From an uncultured archaeon (GTDB taxonomy: Archaea > Asgardarchaeota > Thorarchaeia > Thorarchaeales > Thorarchaeaceae), in the NCBI GenBank assembly GCA_964590575.1, contig CAZPWM010000055.1, forward strand, positions 1 through 20,115: a DNA stretch of 20,115 bases, read 5' to 3'. Within the stretch, counting starts at the first letter, position 1, and each line of letters begins with the position of its first letter. A model generated the notes under the pieces. That model searched no databases. It saw only the letters and a list, made by a program, of their open reading frames with translations, and was not told where the DNA came from. This document shows, one piece after another, positions 1 to 9,321 of this stretch. Position numbers and translations under genes: made by a program.

Positions 1-88
1 CGCCATCCATCTCCTCTGCATATCGAAGCATCTTACTCAGATGAACCCATGTATCGTGAATGTCGGCCAATACTAAAAATTCCATCAT
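1..88 (-). CDS. Metallophosphoesterase (calcineurin-like), N-terminal 29 codons; runs off the left edge
   Basis: Not in the ORF track. Manual translation from ATG at 88 gives MMEFLVLADIHDTWVHLSKMLRYAEEMDG, a hydrophobic strand followed by the DxH motif I of the family. The SD-like GAGGAGTGA overlaps the biotin ligase stop. Confidence 0.8.
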   Translation of the reverse strand, partial: MMEFLVLADIHDTWVHLSKMLRYAEEMDG

Positions 89-91
89 TTT

Positions 92-880
92 TCACTCCTC
101 AACTCGTATGTGAGACACGTCACCCAATATCACATCCACGAAACCCTTGTCAGTTTCTACTACCAATGCTCCATTTTCACGGATATCCTTCGCAAAGCCT
201 TCAGTGGTCTTTCCCTCTTCATGTATTCGAACACGTCTACCCAGAGTTGTACTAGCACCTCTCCATTCATCAAGAATTGCAGCGAATGAAGAGTTTTTCT
301 CCACGCTCTGAAGGAGTGCGTCAATCTCATTTATGATGGAACAGAGTAGTTCCGTCGTTGAGGTTTTTTTTCCAATTTCATCTATAATTGAAGTCGTTGG
401 CCACTGAAGTCCGGGAGGCATATCTGAAACGGGGCAGTTCTGATTCACGCCAATGCCCACAACAATTCCTTCTGTTTCATTACCAAGAGTTACCACCTCA
501 CTAAGGATTCCAGAAATCTTACTTTGGCCTATCAACACATCATTAGGCCACTTCAGTGCTACATTCTTGACTCCCAATGCAGTAAGGCTTCGAGCGACTG
601 CACAAGCACTCAGAATACCTAGTAAGGGAGCATTTTCTGTTCCAAGACGCGGCTTTAAAATGATAGAAAAATACAAACCTCCGACTGGGGAGAGCCACAG
701 GCGTTCCTTTCTTCCGCGGCCCGCAGTCTGACTTCGAGCCATCACAATAAGTCCTTCTTTTTCGCCTTCTAAGAAGAGTTCCTTTGCTTTGGTATTTGTA
801 GAACTGACAGTCTCGAAGTGTTTCACGCGAGGATGAAGGACAATTGTTTCAAAGCAGTCAAAGCGAATACTCAATCTCAA
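92..880 (-). CDS. birA: Biotin--[acetyl-CoA-carboxylase] ligase, class I (no N-terminal HTH)
   Basis: Motifs STN, QTAGRGR, WLSP.GGLYFS, LKWPND, KISGIL, GIGVN and a C-terminal SH3-like region (GALVV, GDV). The TTG start is uncertain by a few codons. Confidence 0.95.
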   Translation of the reverse strand: MRLSIRFDCFETIVLHPRVKHFETVSSTNTKAKELFLEGEKEGLIVMARSQTAGRGRKERLWLSPVGGLYFSIILKPRLGTENAPLLGILSACAVARSLTALGVKNVALKWPNDVLIGQSKISGILSEVVTLGNETEGIVVGIGVNQNCPVSDMPPGLQWPTTSIIDEIGKKTSTTELLCSIINEIDALLQSVEKNSSFAAILDEWRGASTTLGRRVRIHEEGKTTEGFAKDIRENGALVVETDKGFVDVILGDVSHIRVEE

Positions 881-977
881 TCACTAAGCAGTAGAATTCT
901 AGCTATTTGAATTCGTGGGAAATCTACAACGATGACTTATATTCTTGGTGAGTCAATCAGGTTCTGATGTGAGATTA

Positions 978-1793
978 ATGCCAAGTTTCGCTGGTGCCGC
1001 AATTCTACCGGATCTAAAGAAAACTTTGGTCTTCAAGAACAGAGATTTACAAACATCATCAAACAGTGATGAGTTGTTCTATGATGTGGATTGTTTTGGT
1101 GTTCGGGGAGTTGACAGCGTTACTGGAGCCGTAGGAGGTCTTTCTATAGGTGTCAATCGACATGGTCTAATCATTGCCAATACACATGTCAGAAACACCA
1201 AGGACCCATCCTATCATACACTCACAGAACAATTGCTCATGTTTGCAAAGGATGCTGAAGATGGACTGAGTATGACAGTGGACCAGCTTCAACAGGATAG
1301 AAACTATCAGTGGGGCAATCTAATCCTTGCAGATAATGACAGTATGTTAGTTATCGAGCTTGCAGGTAATGACCATTCAATCGAGTGGTCCGAACGTCGA
1401 GTACTCCGCACAAGTCATCATATTATGTTAGAAACCGAACAAACTTTGAGGGAGGAAGGTGTCGAGTACGATAGTTCTGTGAAACGTGTAGAACGTGGAT
1501 ATGACCTAATTCGTCAAGCAAGAAGCGTCGATAATATCTTTGCTTTATTGAAGGATCATGGAAGATCACCAGGCCAAGAGAGCCTATGTCGTCATGCCAC
1601 TGGAGATGTGGGCCTGTCGACTATAATGAGCTACGTTGTTGAGGTCGACCACAACACAGACTCTGGAAAACCAAAGATAGTGTTTCATGTTGCAAAGGGA
1701 AACCCATGCCAATCTGAATACACTGCAATTCCAATTGTGTTTCCAGCGGATGGAGAAATCATGACCCGAGCACTTCAGCTTTATCCAAAGTAG
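978..1793 (+). CDS. Peptidase C45/acyl-CoA:6-APA acyltransferase-like (Ntn-hydrolase fold) protein, single chain, no N-terminal Cys
   Basis: Motifs FKNRD, GVNRHGL, NLILAD, IEL, SLCRH, TIMS and GNPC match the C45 hydrolase domain pattern. ATG 978 is preferred over GTG 945 (GTGA lies just upstream). Confidence 0.7.
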   Translation: MPSFAGAAILPDLKKTLVFKNRDLQTSSNSDELFYDVDCFGVRGVDSVTGAVGGLSIGVNRHGLIIANTHVRNTKDPSYHTLTEQLLMFAKDAEDGLSMTVDQLQQDRNYQWGNLILADNDSMLVIELAGNDHSIEWSERRVLRTSHHIMLETEQTLREEGVEYDSSVKRVERGYDLIRQARSVDNIFALLKDHGRSPGQESLCRHATGDVGLSTIMSYVVEVDHNTDSGKPKIVFHVAKGNPCQSEYTAIPIVFPADGEIMTRALQLYPK

Positions 1794-1816
1794 AGGAAGT
1801 CCATGGATTGATACTG

Positions 1817-3112
1817 TTAAGTCACATCGACGGATGCTTCGGGCTTTTCTTCAATTGATAGTGCAAGTTCCTGTAACATCTTTTGTTCCTCTTCCTTTTT
1901 GCGGAAGAAAACAAAGAAGATGATGATTCCAAGTACGTATAGTCCTGATACTAATAGGTAGGGAAGACGGTATAGTCCTAGGGCTAGTAGCCAACCACCT
2001 ACATTTGCGGCTATAGCTCGTACAAATGAATCAGCTGACCGAACTACACCGACTGCGGTAGCTCGCTCATCCTTTGTGAGACCCTCCATGAAGAAAGCGT
2101 TAGACACGGGTCCGGACATGTTCATCAATACGTTTCGTGCAATATATCCTAGAATGGCAAACTGCAGAGTATCAGCAAATGATAATGTCAGCAGAAAAGG
2201 TATTGAGAAGGCTTCCGTGAGCACTACTGTTCGAACCTTCCCTAGCCTATCAGCCAATGCAGGAGCAAGAAAATTACCTGCTGAGAGGATTATTGTATTG
2301 ACTCCAAATATAACACCTAATAGTCCTGAATCAATCGGGAACTCATGCGTGAAGAAGAGGTTAAAGAACATCACAATCATGCCAGCTCCCAGACCAATAC
2401 TCGCTGTTGCAGATGTGTACTTCCCAATGAACCCCCAGTTCCGGATATTTTTCAAAGCCAATCGGGCAGTCACAACGGAGGGAGTGTCTGTTGTCATCCG
2501 AGTTATGAGTAGAATGGCAAATACGCTTGGTATAAGACTAATCCAAAGAGTGAACCGATAGGGAATAACAAGGGGATCAGTGGATGCACTCCCTAGCATA
2601 CCTGCAAAAAACTGTGGCATGTAACCGCCAATTAGATTTCCCGCGAATACTCCAAGAAGTGATACTCCACTCCCGACACCAAAGAGATGTGCGCGTTCGC
2701 GATCTGAAGAGATATCAGTAACATATGGAGACCATGCCACCTCCCTGAATGCACTAGATAGTCCCAAAAAAATCTGAGATGCAATTAGACCTACTGGATT
2801 GAGCGTAGTATATTGGACCACCAGAACAATGAATGCAATAATATTAGCAACAAGAATGATTTTCTTTCTACTGGACCTATCTGTAAACAACCCAGCCACG
2901 AATGCAATTGCAGCGGTAGCAAACATAGATACTGATAGGAAAAACCCAATGAAGTCCTCAGGAAAACCTGCGTCACGAAGATAGAGGTTGAAAATTACAC
3001 CGCTTATACCCCATGAGAATGCACCCAAGAATGCTATACTGATGTAGAGCTTAGCATCCCTTCCAAAGAGTTGTAGCTTGCCAATATAGCTGAGCTTTTC
3101 CTCCTCGGTCAT
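1817..3112 (-). CDS. MFS transporter (about 12 TM)
   Basis: Motif A in both halves (GLFTDRSSRKK; LADRLGKVR) and many hydrophobic segments. Start re-assigned to ATG 3112 (MTEEEK) after SD GGAGGGT; the ORF-track extension overlaps the threonine aldolase gene. Confidence 0.92.
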   Translation of the reverse strand: MTEEEKLSYIGKLQLFGRDAKLYISIAFLGAFSWGISGVIFNLYLRDAGFPEDFIGFFLSVSMFATAAIAFVAGLFTDRSSRKKIILVANIIAFIVLVVQYTTLNPVGLIASQIFLGLSSAFREVAWSPYVTDISSDRERAHLFGVGSGVSLLGVFAGNLIGGYMPQFFAGMLGSASTDPLVIPYRFTLWISLIPSVFAILLITRMTTDTPSVVTARLALKNIRNWGFIGKYTSATASIGLGAGMIVMFFNLFFTHEFPIDSGLLGVIFGVNTIILSAGNFLAPALADRLGKVRTVVLTEAFSIPFLLTLSFADTLQFAILGYIARNVLMNMSGPVSNAFFMEGLTKDERATAVGVVRSADSFVRAIAANVGGWLLALGLYRLPYLLVSGLYVLGIIIFFVFFRKKEEEQKMLQELALSIEEKPEASVDVT

Positions 3113-3226
3113 TGAGATACCCTCCAGAATGACTCTACGAGAGATGAGGGCAGTTGAGTTCCCTATATGCATTGTCAATTGAGCACAATCACTAAGCCTA
3201 AATCGGAGAAATGGAGTTCTAGAAGT

Positions 3227-4264
3227 ATGAAGACTATCGACTTGCGTAGTGACACCATTACCCAACCAACTGATGAGATGATAGAAGCTATTGTAAATGC
3301 GCATAAGGCGGGAAGGTTCGGTGATGATGTCAATGGTGAAGATGATGTGGTGAATGAGCTGCAAGAGAAGGCCGCAAAGATACTCGGAAAGGAAGCGGCT
3401 TTACTTGTCACATCCGGCACACAGGGCAATCTCATCTCTCTATTTGCTCAGACTAAGAGAGGCGACGAGATAGTTGTGGAGGAACGATCGCATACCTTTG
3501 TCTTCGAAGGTGGTGCAATGGCATCTATGGGAGGTCTCTATCCTAAGCCTGTGGAAGGTGAGCGAGGCTACATTCTCCCAGAAACCCTTAGATCTGCAAT
3601 CAGTCCAGATGATGCACATTATGCAAAGACTTCGCTATGCGTGATTGAAAATACACACAATTATGCAGGGGGCGCAGTCATCCGTCCAGAGCAGGTTAAA
3701 GCTCTAGCAGCTATGGCGCATGACCACGATCTTAAGGTACACTGTGATGGAGCTAGATTATTCAATGCAGCTGTTGCCTTGGACATTCCAGCAAAGAGGT
3801 TGGTTGAGGATGTAGATTCCGTTATGATTTGTTTAAGCAAGGGTCTCTCAGCACCTATCGGATCGATAATTGCTGGAACTGAAGAGTTCATCCACGAATC
3901 TCATCGAACACGAAAGAAGCTTGGCGGAGGAATGCGGCAAGCCGGAATCATCGCAGCTCCCGGAATAGTTGCACTTGAAAAAATGGTTGATAGACTAAAA
4001 GACGATCACGATAACGCAAAATTGCTCTATAAAAGACTAGTAGATATCCCAAACCTCGCAATCGAAGAACCCGACACCAATATCCTCTTCCTAGGACTTC
4101 AGAACCTTTCAATCAGTCAAATGAAACTATCAGAGGAACTGGCGAAGGAAAAGATTTTGGTGTATGGGGGATATGGTACAAGGACTAGAATGGTCTTGAA
4201 CAGAATGGTTGACCGCGAAGATATTGACCGGATAGTCGAAGCTCTGAAACGGCATCTCAAATGA
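3227..4264 (+). CDS. ltaE: Low-specificity L-threonine aldolase (PLP-dependent)
   Basis: Motifs IDLRSDT, GDD, SGTQGN, ENTHN, HCDGARLFNA, CLSKGLSAPIGS (PLP lysine) and RKKLGGGMRQAG. Start re-assigned to ATG 3227. Confidence 0.95.
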   Translation: MKTIDLRSDTITQPTDEMIEAIVNAHKAGRFGDDVNGEDDVVNELQEKAAKILGKEAALLVTSGTQGNLISLFAQTKRGDEIVVEERSHTFVFEGGAMASMGGLYPKPVEGERGYILPETLRSAISPDDAHYAKTSLCVIENTHNYAGGAVIRPEQVKALAAMAHDHDLKVHCDGARLFNAAVALDIPAKRLVEDVDSVMICLSKGLSAPIGSIIAGTEEFIHESHRTRKKLGGGMRQAGIIAAPGIVALEKMVDRLKDDHDNAKLLYKRLVDIPNLAIEEPDTNILFLGLQNLSISQMKLSEELAKEKILVYGGYGTRTRMVLNRMVDREDIDRIVEALKRHLK

Positions 4265-4278
4265 GTGATTAATGTTGA

Positions 4279-4554
4279 TTACAGTCTTTTCTTTGCATCT
4301 TCAATCATTTTCGTGATATGATCGCCCCATGTTGGTTCTAATTGACGGGCTTTCTCAGCGCAACCGATACATTCGCCATACTTTTCCATTCGATAGAGTA
4401 ATCGACTTTTATAGAAATATGCATGTGCATAGGTTTCGCTCAGTTCTATCGCTTTATCATAAGCGGCCAGTGCATCTTCAAACTGACCATTAGCCTCATG
4501 ACTCCGGGCTTTCCTATAGTATTCGTAGCGTGTCGTAGAACTTCTCTGAGACAC
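4279..4554 (-). CDS. Small tetratricopeptide-repeat protein (about 2 TPRs)
   Basis: TPR consensus G.FEDALAAYDKAIEL...A.AYFYK and C.EKA.QL.P; GTG start with a strong SD, GGAGGTG. Confidence 0.88.
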   Translation of the reverse strand: MSQRSSTTRYEYYRKARSHEANGQFEDALAAYDKAIELSETYAHAYFYKSRLLYRMEKYGECIGCAEKARQLEPTWGDHITKMIEDAKKRL

Positions 4555-4636
4555 TTTCTACGCACCTCCTAAGTGCAGTACTAATAGGAAAATACTCAGA
4601 TAAGGTTTACACATTTCAACTAGTGTTTTGAATTAA

Positions 4637-5044
4637 TTATCTTGGTTCCTCACAGAGCTCAAGAAGAACTCCTCCGGAGGTTTTGGGATGGACGAATGCG
4701 ATAAGCTGGTTATGAGATCCAATTCTCGGTTCATTGTCAATCATTTGGGCGCCTGCATCATGAAGACGCACGAGCACTGCGTCAATGTCGTCTACCTTGA
4801 CAGCTATATGGTGGATTCCACCACCCCTAGTTTCTAAGAACTTAGAGATTGGACTATCATCTGATGTTGGTTCTAGTAGTTCAATCTGGCTCTCGCCAAT
4901 CTTGAGAAAAGCCACACGAACCTTCTGTGCTTTCACTTCCTCGGAACGAGTAAGTTCGAGCCCTAGAACATCCTCGTAAAAGCCAAGCCATTTTTCAATA
5001 CTCTCTACAGCAATTCCAATATGATCAATCTTCTCTATTGACAT
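4637..5044 (-). CDS. mce: Methylmalonyl-CoA epimerase (VOC superfamily)
   Basis: Motifs IDHIGIAV, QKVRVAFL, IELLEP, GIHHIA and FVHPKTSGGVLLEL; directly downstream of the mutase. Start re-assigned to ATG 5044. Confidence 0.95.
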   Translation of the reverse strand: MSIEKIDHIGIAVESIEKWLGFYEDVLGLELTRSEEVKAQKVRVAFLKIGESQIELLEPTSDDSPISKFLETRGGGIHHIAVKVDDIDAVLVRLHDAGAQMIDNEPRIGSHNQLIAFVHPKTSGGVLLELCEEPR

Positions 5045-5060
5045 GACATGTTTTCTCCTC

Positions 5061-6731
5061 TCATAGGATGTCGGGTGCTTTGTACTCACCAAAGACTTCT
5101 CTTAAAACTCCGCATATCTCGCCCAGCGTAGCATATAGCTTCACAGCCTCTATTATTGGAGGAATGAGATTCGCATCAGTCTTGGCTGCATCACGTAGAA
5201 CTTCCAATGCTTGCTTGACCTGTCCTTCATGTCTTTTCGAGCGGACCTTCTTCAGCTCGCTTAGTTGTTCTGTTTCAGCTTTGGGGTTAATCCGCAGATA
5301 GTCAAATTGAGATTCCTCCTCAACTGTGAATTTGTTCACACCTACGACTATTCGTTTTTGGGCATCTACACTCTTCTGGAACTGATACGCAGCATCATGA
5401 ATCTCACGCTGGATAAATCCATTCTCAATGGCGAATGGAGCACCACCCATACTATCGATCCTCTGGATATACTCCATAGCTTTCGCCTCTATCTCATTTG
5501 TGAGACTCTCAACATAGTATGAGCCTGCAAGAGGATCAATGGTATCACCCACACCAGACTCGTAAGCAATAATCTGTTGTGTCCGCAGAGCAATCTGTAC
5601 AGATGCCTCTGTGGGCAGAGAGAGAGCCTCGTCCCGGGAGTTTGTATGAAGTGATTGCGTTCCTCCCAGGACAGCTTGAAGTGCCTGCAGTGTCACTCGA
5701 ACAACATTGTTGTCAGGTTGTTGAGCTGTAAGTGTGCAACCTGCAGTCTGAGTGTGAAACCGCATTTTGCACGAGTCGTCGTCTTTTGCGTGGAATCTTT
5801 CACGCATGATTCTAGCCCAGAGTCTTCTAGCAGCTCTGAACTTGCATATCTCCTCCAGAAAATCACTATGTGAACCGAAGAAGAATGATAGTCGAGACGC
5901 AAACTCATCAACATCCAATCCTGCTTCAATGGCGGCTTGAACATACGCGATGCCATCAGCTAGTGTGAAGGCCACCTCTTGAACTGCAGTAGAGCCTGCT
6001 TCCCTGATATGATAACCAGAGATTGAGATAGTATTCCACAAAGGCATGTTCTGACTACAGAACTTGAAGATGTCAGTGATGAGTCTCATAGAGGGTTTAG
6101 GTGGGAAGATGTATGTGCCTCGGGCAACATACTCTTTCAGGATATCGTTCTGAATCGTACCACGAAGCTTGTCCATGGAAACGCCCTGCTTCTCAGCTAC
6201 TACGATGTACATCGCAAGCAGAACCGAGGCGGGAGCGTTGATAGTCATTGAGGTGCTCACTTTATCAAGGGGGATGCCATCAAACAATACTTCCATGTCT
6301 GCAAGCGAATCAATGGCAACTCCGACTTTCCCTACTTCACCTTGAGCCAATTGATCATCGGAGTCATATCCAATCTGTGTTGGGAGGTCAAATGCAATGG
6401 ACAATCCTGTCTGTCCTTGCTCCAAAAGGAAGTGGAATCGTCGGTTGGTTTCCTGCGCAGTGGCAAACCCGCTGTACTGCCGCATGGTCCAGAAACGACC
6501 TCTATAGCCGGTGGGTTGGACTCCACGAGTGAAAGGATATTGACCTGGAAATCCCAGATCTTTCTCATAGTTCAAATCTTTTAGGTCCAAAGGTGTGTAT
6601 AGACGCTTCAGGGGTAGCCCAGATAGAGTCTTGAAATTCTCCTCACGTTCAGGGAATCTCTTAATCGTAGCGGCTACAGTTACATCTTCCCACTTCATTG
6701 TAGAGTTACGGAGCTTTGAGTCATCTCCCAT
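5061..6731 (-). CDS. Methylmalonyl-CoA mutase, large (substrate-binding) subunit
   Basis: Motifs [56 protein letters not shown] and QSLHTNS.DEA; no B12 domain. ATG 6731 follows SD AGGTGA. Confidence 0.97.
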   Translation of the reverse strand: MGDDSKLRNSTMKWEDVTVAATIKRFPEREENFKTLSGLPLKRLYTPLDLKDLNYEKDLGFPGQYPFTRGVQPTGYRGRFWTMRQYSGFATAQETNRRFHFLLEQGQTGLSIAFDLPTQIGYDSDDQLAQGEVGKVGVAIDSLADMEVLFDGIPLDKVSTSMTINAPASVLLAMYIVVAEKQGVSMDKLRGTIQNDILKEYVARGTYIFPPKPSMRLITDIFKFCSQNMPLWNTISISGYHIREAGSTAVQEVAFTLADGIAYVQAAIEAGLDVDEFASRLSFFFGSHSDFLEEICKFRAARRLWARIMRERFHAKDDDSCKMRFHTQTAGCTLTAQQPDNNVVRVTLQALQAVLGGTQSLHTNSRDEALSLPTEASVQIALRTQQIIAYESGVGDTIDPLAGSYYVESLTNEIEAKAMEYIQRIDSMGGAPFAIENGFIQREIHDAAYQFQKSVDAQKRIVVGVNKFTVEEESQFDYLRINPKAETEQLSELKKVRSKRHEGQVKQALEVLRDAAKTDANLIPPIIEAVKLYATLGEICGVLREVFGEYKAPDIL

Positions 6732-6736
6732 TATAC

Positions 6737-7696
6737 TCACCTACTTTCACTAAACAGGAACTCTGCTATCAATCGTTCAGCCAGACTATATGGGTCCTCT
6801 TTCCTCGCTGCAATTTTCTTGATTGCCGCCTCATACTCGGGTTTTCCTTCTAGTTTCTGATACAATTCTTGAGTGAGTTTGTATCTCATTAACTCTTGGA
6901 GTTCATCGCGGCTTCTTTTGAGACCTTTCTGCTCCAGTTGGCCGCTCCTTTTCAAGAATTGAAAATGCTCCAGTATTTTAGCAGCAAGCTCTGGCACACC
7001 CTCTCCGGACCTTGAGTTAGTGAGCATGACAGGAGGCCGCCATGCTTTTTCACGAGGGTCAATGTCTAACATAGCGTTGATCTCTGTGACCTTCTTATCT
7101 GCTCCAGGAATGTCCATCTTGTTCACAACGAAGATATCTGCAATCTCCATGATGCCTGCTTTGATGACTTGAATGTCATCTCCACTTCCAGGCACGTCAG
7201 TGACTATCACTGTGTGAGCGATGTCAATGACTTCGACCTCGGACTGGCCAGCGCCAACGGTTTCAACAAAGATGATGTCTTTTCCGAACGCATCGATAGC
7301 TCGTACTGCGCCTGAAGTAGCTCGTGCTAGACCTCCAAGGTGACCGCGGGTGCCCATACTACGAACATAGACCTGCTCGTCTAGACTGTGTTCCTGCATG
7401 CGGATTCTGTCACCAAGGAACGCCCCGCCTGTGAATGGACTAGAGGGGTCAACACAGACTATTCCAATAGTGTTTTTACGTTTTCTAAACTCAATAGTCA
7501 GTTTTGTTACGAGGGAACTTTTTCCAGACCCTGGAGGTCCTGTCACCCCAATGATGTGAGCCTTGCCAGTGTGTTTGTAGAGCTGGCTGAGAGCTTCCAA
7601 AGCAGCTGCATCCTCATTTTCAATGAGAGAGATAAGCCGAGCAAGTTCTCTCCGTTTCCCACTCAACACTCCGTTGACAAGATCGGTCACGGGCAA
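6737..7696 (-). CDS. meaB: MeaB/ArgK methylmalonyl-CoA mutase-associated GTPase
   Basis: Motifs [55 protein letters not shown] and NKMD. Confidence 0.96.
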   Translation of the reverse strand: MPVTDLVNGVLSGKRRELARLISLIENEDAAALEALSQLYKHTGKAHIIGVTGPPGSGKSSLVTKLTIEFRKRKNTIGIVCVDPSSPFTGGAFLGDRIRMQEHSLDEQVYVRSMGTRGHLGGLARATSGAVRAIDAFGKDIIFVETVGAGQSEVEVIDIAHTVIVTDVPGSGDDIQVIKAGIMEIADIFVVNKMDIPGADKKVTEINAMLDIDPREKAWRPPVMLTNSRSGEGVPELAAKILEHFQFLKRSGQLEQKGLKRSRDELQELMRYKLTQELYQKLEGKPEYEAAIKKIAARKEDPYSLAERLIAEFLFSESR

Positions 7697-7720
7697 AGCT
7701 AGTTCCTCACATCACCAGAA

Positions 7721-8122
7721 TTAGAGCTTGACATTAGCCTTGATGTAATCAACAATGTCATCCAGAGGAGTTCCAGGGCCGAATATGGCTGATATTCCAA
7801 CCTTTTTCAACTCGGAAATGTCATCCTCAGGAATAATCCCACCACCAACTACAAGAACGTCATCAATACCCTCCTCTTTCAAGAGCTCCATGATCTTTGG
7901 AAATAGTGCGTTATGAGCCCCGCTTAGAATACTAAGCCCGATACAATGCACACCTTCATCGAGGGCGGCTCGGACCACCATTTCAGGAGTCTGTCGGAGA
8001 CCTGTGTATATGACCTCCATCCCTGCGTCACGTAATGCACGAGCTACTATCTTCGCGCCTCTATCGTGACCATCTAATCCTGGTTTTGCAACAAGTACAC
8101 GAATTTTCTTGGATGAACTCAA
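7721..8122 (-). CDS. Cobalamin-binding (small) subunit of methylmalonyl-CoA mutase
   Basis: [11 protein letters not shown] (DxHxxG base-off/His-on motif), [15 protein letters not shown] and FGPGT; SD GAGGTGG. Confidence 0.96.
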   Translation of the reverse strand: MSSSKKIRVLVAKPGLDGHDRGAKIVARALRDAGMEVIYTGLRQTPEMVVRAALDEGVHCIGLSILSGAHNALFPKIMELLKEEGIDDVLVVGGGIIPEDDISELKKVGISAIFGPGTPLDDIVDYIKANVKL

Positions 8123-8169
8123 GAACCCACCTCAGGCTGATGTTTCGTCTGGTGATGGCCTTGGTAGTG

Positions 8170-8176
8170 ATATAAA
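8170..8176 (-). promoter_or_regulatory. Putative archaeal TATA box (TTTATAT) for the mutase operon
   Basis: The only TATA-like run in the 73-nt intergenic region, about 50 nt upstream of the TTG start. Confidence 0.5.
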
Positions 8177-8195
8177 GGCGTTGATTTAGTGTTTA

Positions 8196-9200
8196 TCAGT
8201 TCTCCATTATATGAACGACATTCTCTCGACCCTCACGAAATCGTCGCACGAGTCCGCGTTCTTCCAAGTTGTTGAGAATTAGGCTTACTTTCGCTTGTGA
8301 CATGTCAAATTCCGTGTAAAGGTCCTTCTGCGGACAAGATCCTCCTTTTTGTCGGATTACTTCTAGGACCTCCTCTTCCTCAGAGGTTACTCCAACAAAT
8401 TTGACAGTCCCGATTCGTTTTATTCGCTGGTAAAACTTCGGACCGCCCACAGTGAGAGCGACTCCAGCTAAAACACCCGATAAAGCAATCACAATCGACT
8501 CAAAGATGAATGAGCCCAAAGGTTCAGGTTGATAATTCGGATACTCATACTTGACGATGAAGACCCGTTCCTGTCCAACTTGCAATGAATCTGTAAACCA
8601 TACAAAAGCAAGGGATGTACCATCTGTATAGTTCGAATCAGATGCAGGGAATGTGGGTACAACTGATTCGCGGGAGAGAAGTGCATCTTGGGGTAGTACT
8701 GCAGTGAAAGTGAAGTTTGCCAACTCGGTCATCGGTCGAATGTAGAAGGTGAAATCTCCATAGTACTTGGTTGAATCTAAACCAAGGATTGGGTCTTCTT
8801 GAAGGTCAGTTGCTTCAAGGTTCAGTTCTATCCATGCACTATGATTTTCTTCAAGAGCTGTGGGAAGAAAGACTACAACCTCAGTGTATCGATCCATAAG
8901 ATTAGAACTGAATGTTGTTGCAGTACTATCTACTTCCACATCGAGTATTTCAACCTCAAGTGAGTCGATTCGACACGAGAGAGATGTTATACTGGACGTT
9001 CCCAGATTGGTGGCTCTTGCTCTAATGTTGATAGTCGTGACCCCATCTTGTGTCATGACCGCTTTGATCTCAACAGGGTCTAAGATGACTTCCTCTAACT
9101 GAGCAAGTTGCATATCACTCTGAACCGGAAGGAACAGCGTTGATATGAGGACAAGTGTGGCTATTGTAAATATTATTCGTCGCACTACTTCACACCACAT
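8196..9200 (-). CDS. Membrane-anchored winged-helix transcriptional regulator (COG2512-like): signal peptide, extracellular beta-rich domain, TM, C-terminal wHTH
   Basis: N-terminal RRIIFTIATLVLISTLFLPV; TM IVIALSGVLAGVALTVGG; C-terminal MarR-like EEEEVLEVI..KGG...QKDL.....MSQAKVSLILNNLEERGLVRR.REGREN. The true start may be GTG 9185. Confidence 0.85.
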   Translation of the reverse strand: MWCEVVRRIIFTIATLVLISTLFLPVQSDMQLAQLEEVILDPVEIKAVMTQDGVTTINIRARATNLGTSSITSLSCRIDSLEVEILDVEVDSTATTFSSNLMDRYTEVVVFLPTALEENHSAWIELNLEATDLQEDPILGLDSTKYYGDFTFYIRPMTELANFTFTAVLPQDALLSRESVVPTFPASDSNYTDGTSLAFVWFTDSLQVGQERVFIVKYEYPNYQPEPLGSFIFESIVIALSGVLAGVALTVGGPKFYQRIKRIGTVKFVGVTSEEEEVLEVIRQKGGSCPQKDLYTEFDMSQAKVSLILNNLEERGLVRRFREGRENVVHIMEN

Positions 9201-9278
9201 TCTATCTACAAAACGTCTTGATTATCTACTGATTCAGATTCTATGCATTCATAAGACTTCTCTTAGGGAGTAAAAGAT

Positions 9279-9303
9279 GGGTAGTGGCTAAGAACCACTA
9301 CCC
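9279..9303 (-). terminator. Stem-loop terminator after the surface-protein gene
   Basis: Perfect 9-bp inverted repeat GGGTAGTGG-N7-CCACTACCC, 18 nt after the stop, followed by ATCTTTT on the minus strand. Confidence 0.7.
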
Positions 9304-9321
9304 TAGTGTACTACGAGAGAT

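Noticed and set aside
892-968. Short palindromes between birA and the C45-like gene as a biotin operator
   Set aside because: This BirA lacks a DNA-binding HTH, and the arms are short (5-7 bp).
2076-2561. 161-aa plus-strand ORF
   Set aside because: Antisense shadow entirely inside the MFS gene; no motif or SD.
3113-3364. 84-codon N-terminal extension of the MFS ORF overlapping the threonine aldolase gene
   Set aside because: A strong SD precedes ATG 3112, and the extension crosses a divergent promoter and a conserved gene.
8123-8195. Cobalamin riboswitch or hammerhead-like element upstream of the B12-dependent operon
   Set aside because: Only 73 nt with no B12-box; the CTGATG and GAAAC pieces lie on opposite strands and do not form a hammerhead core.
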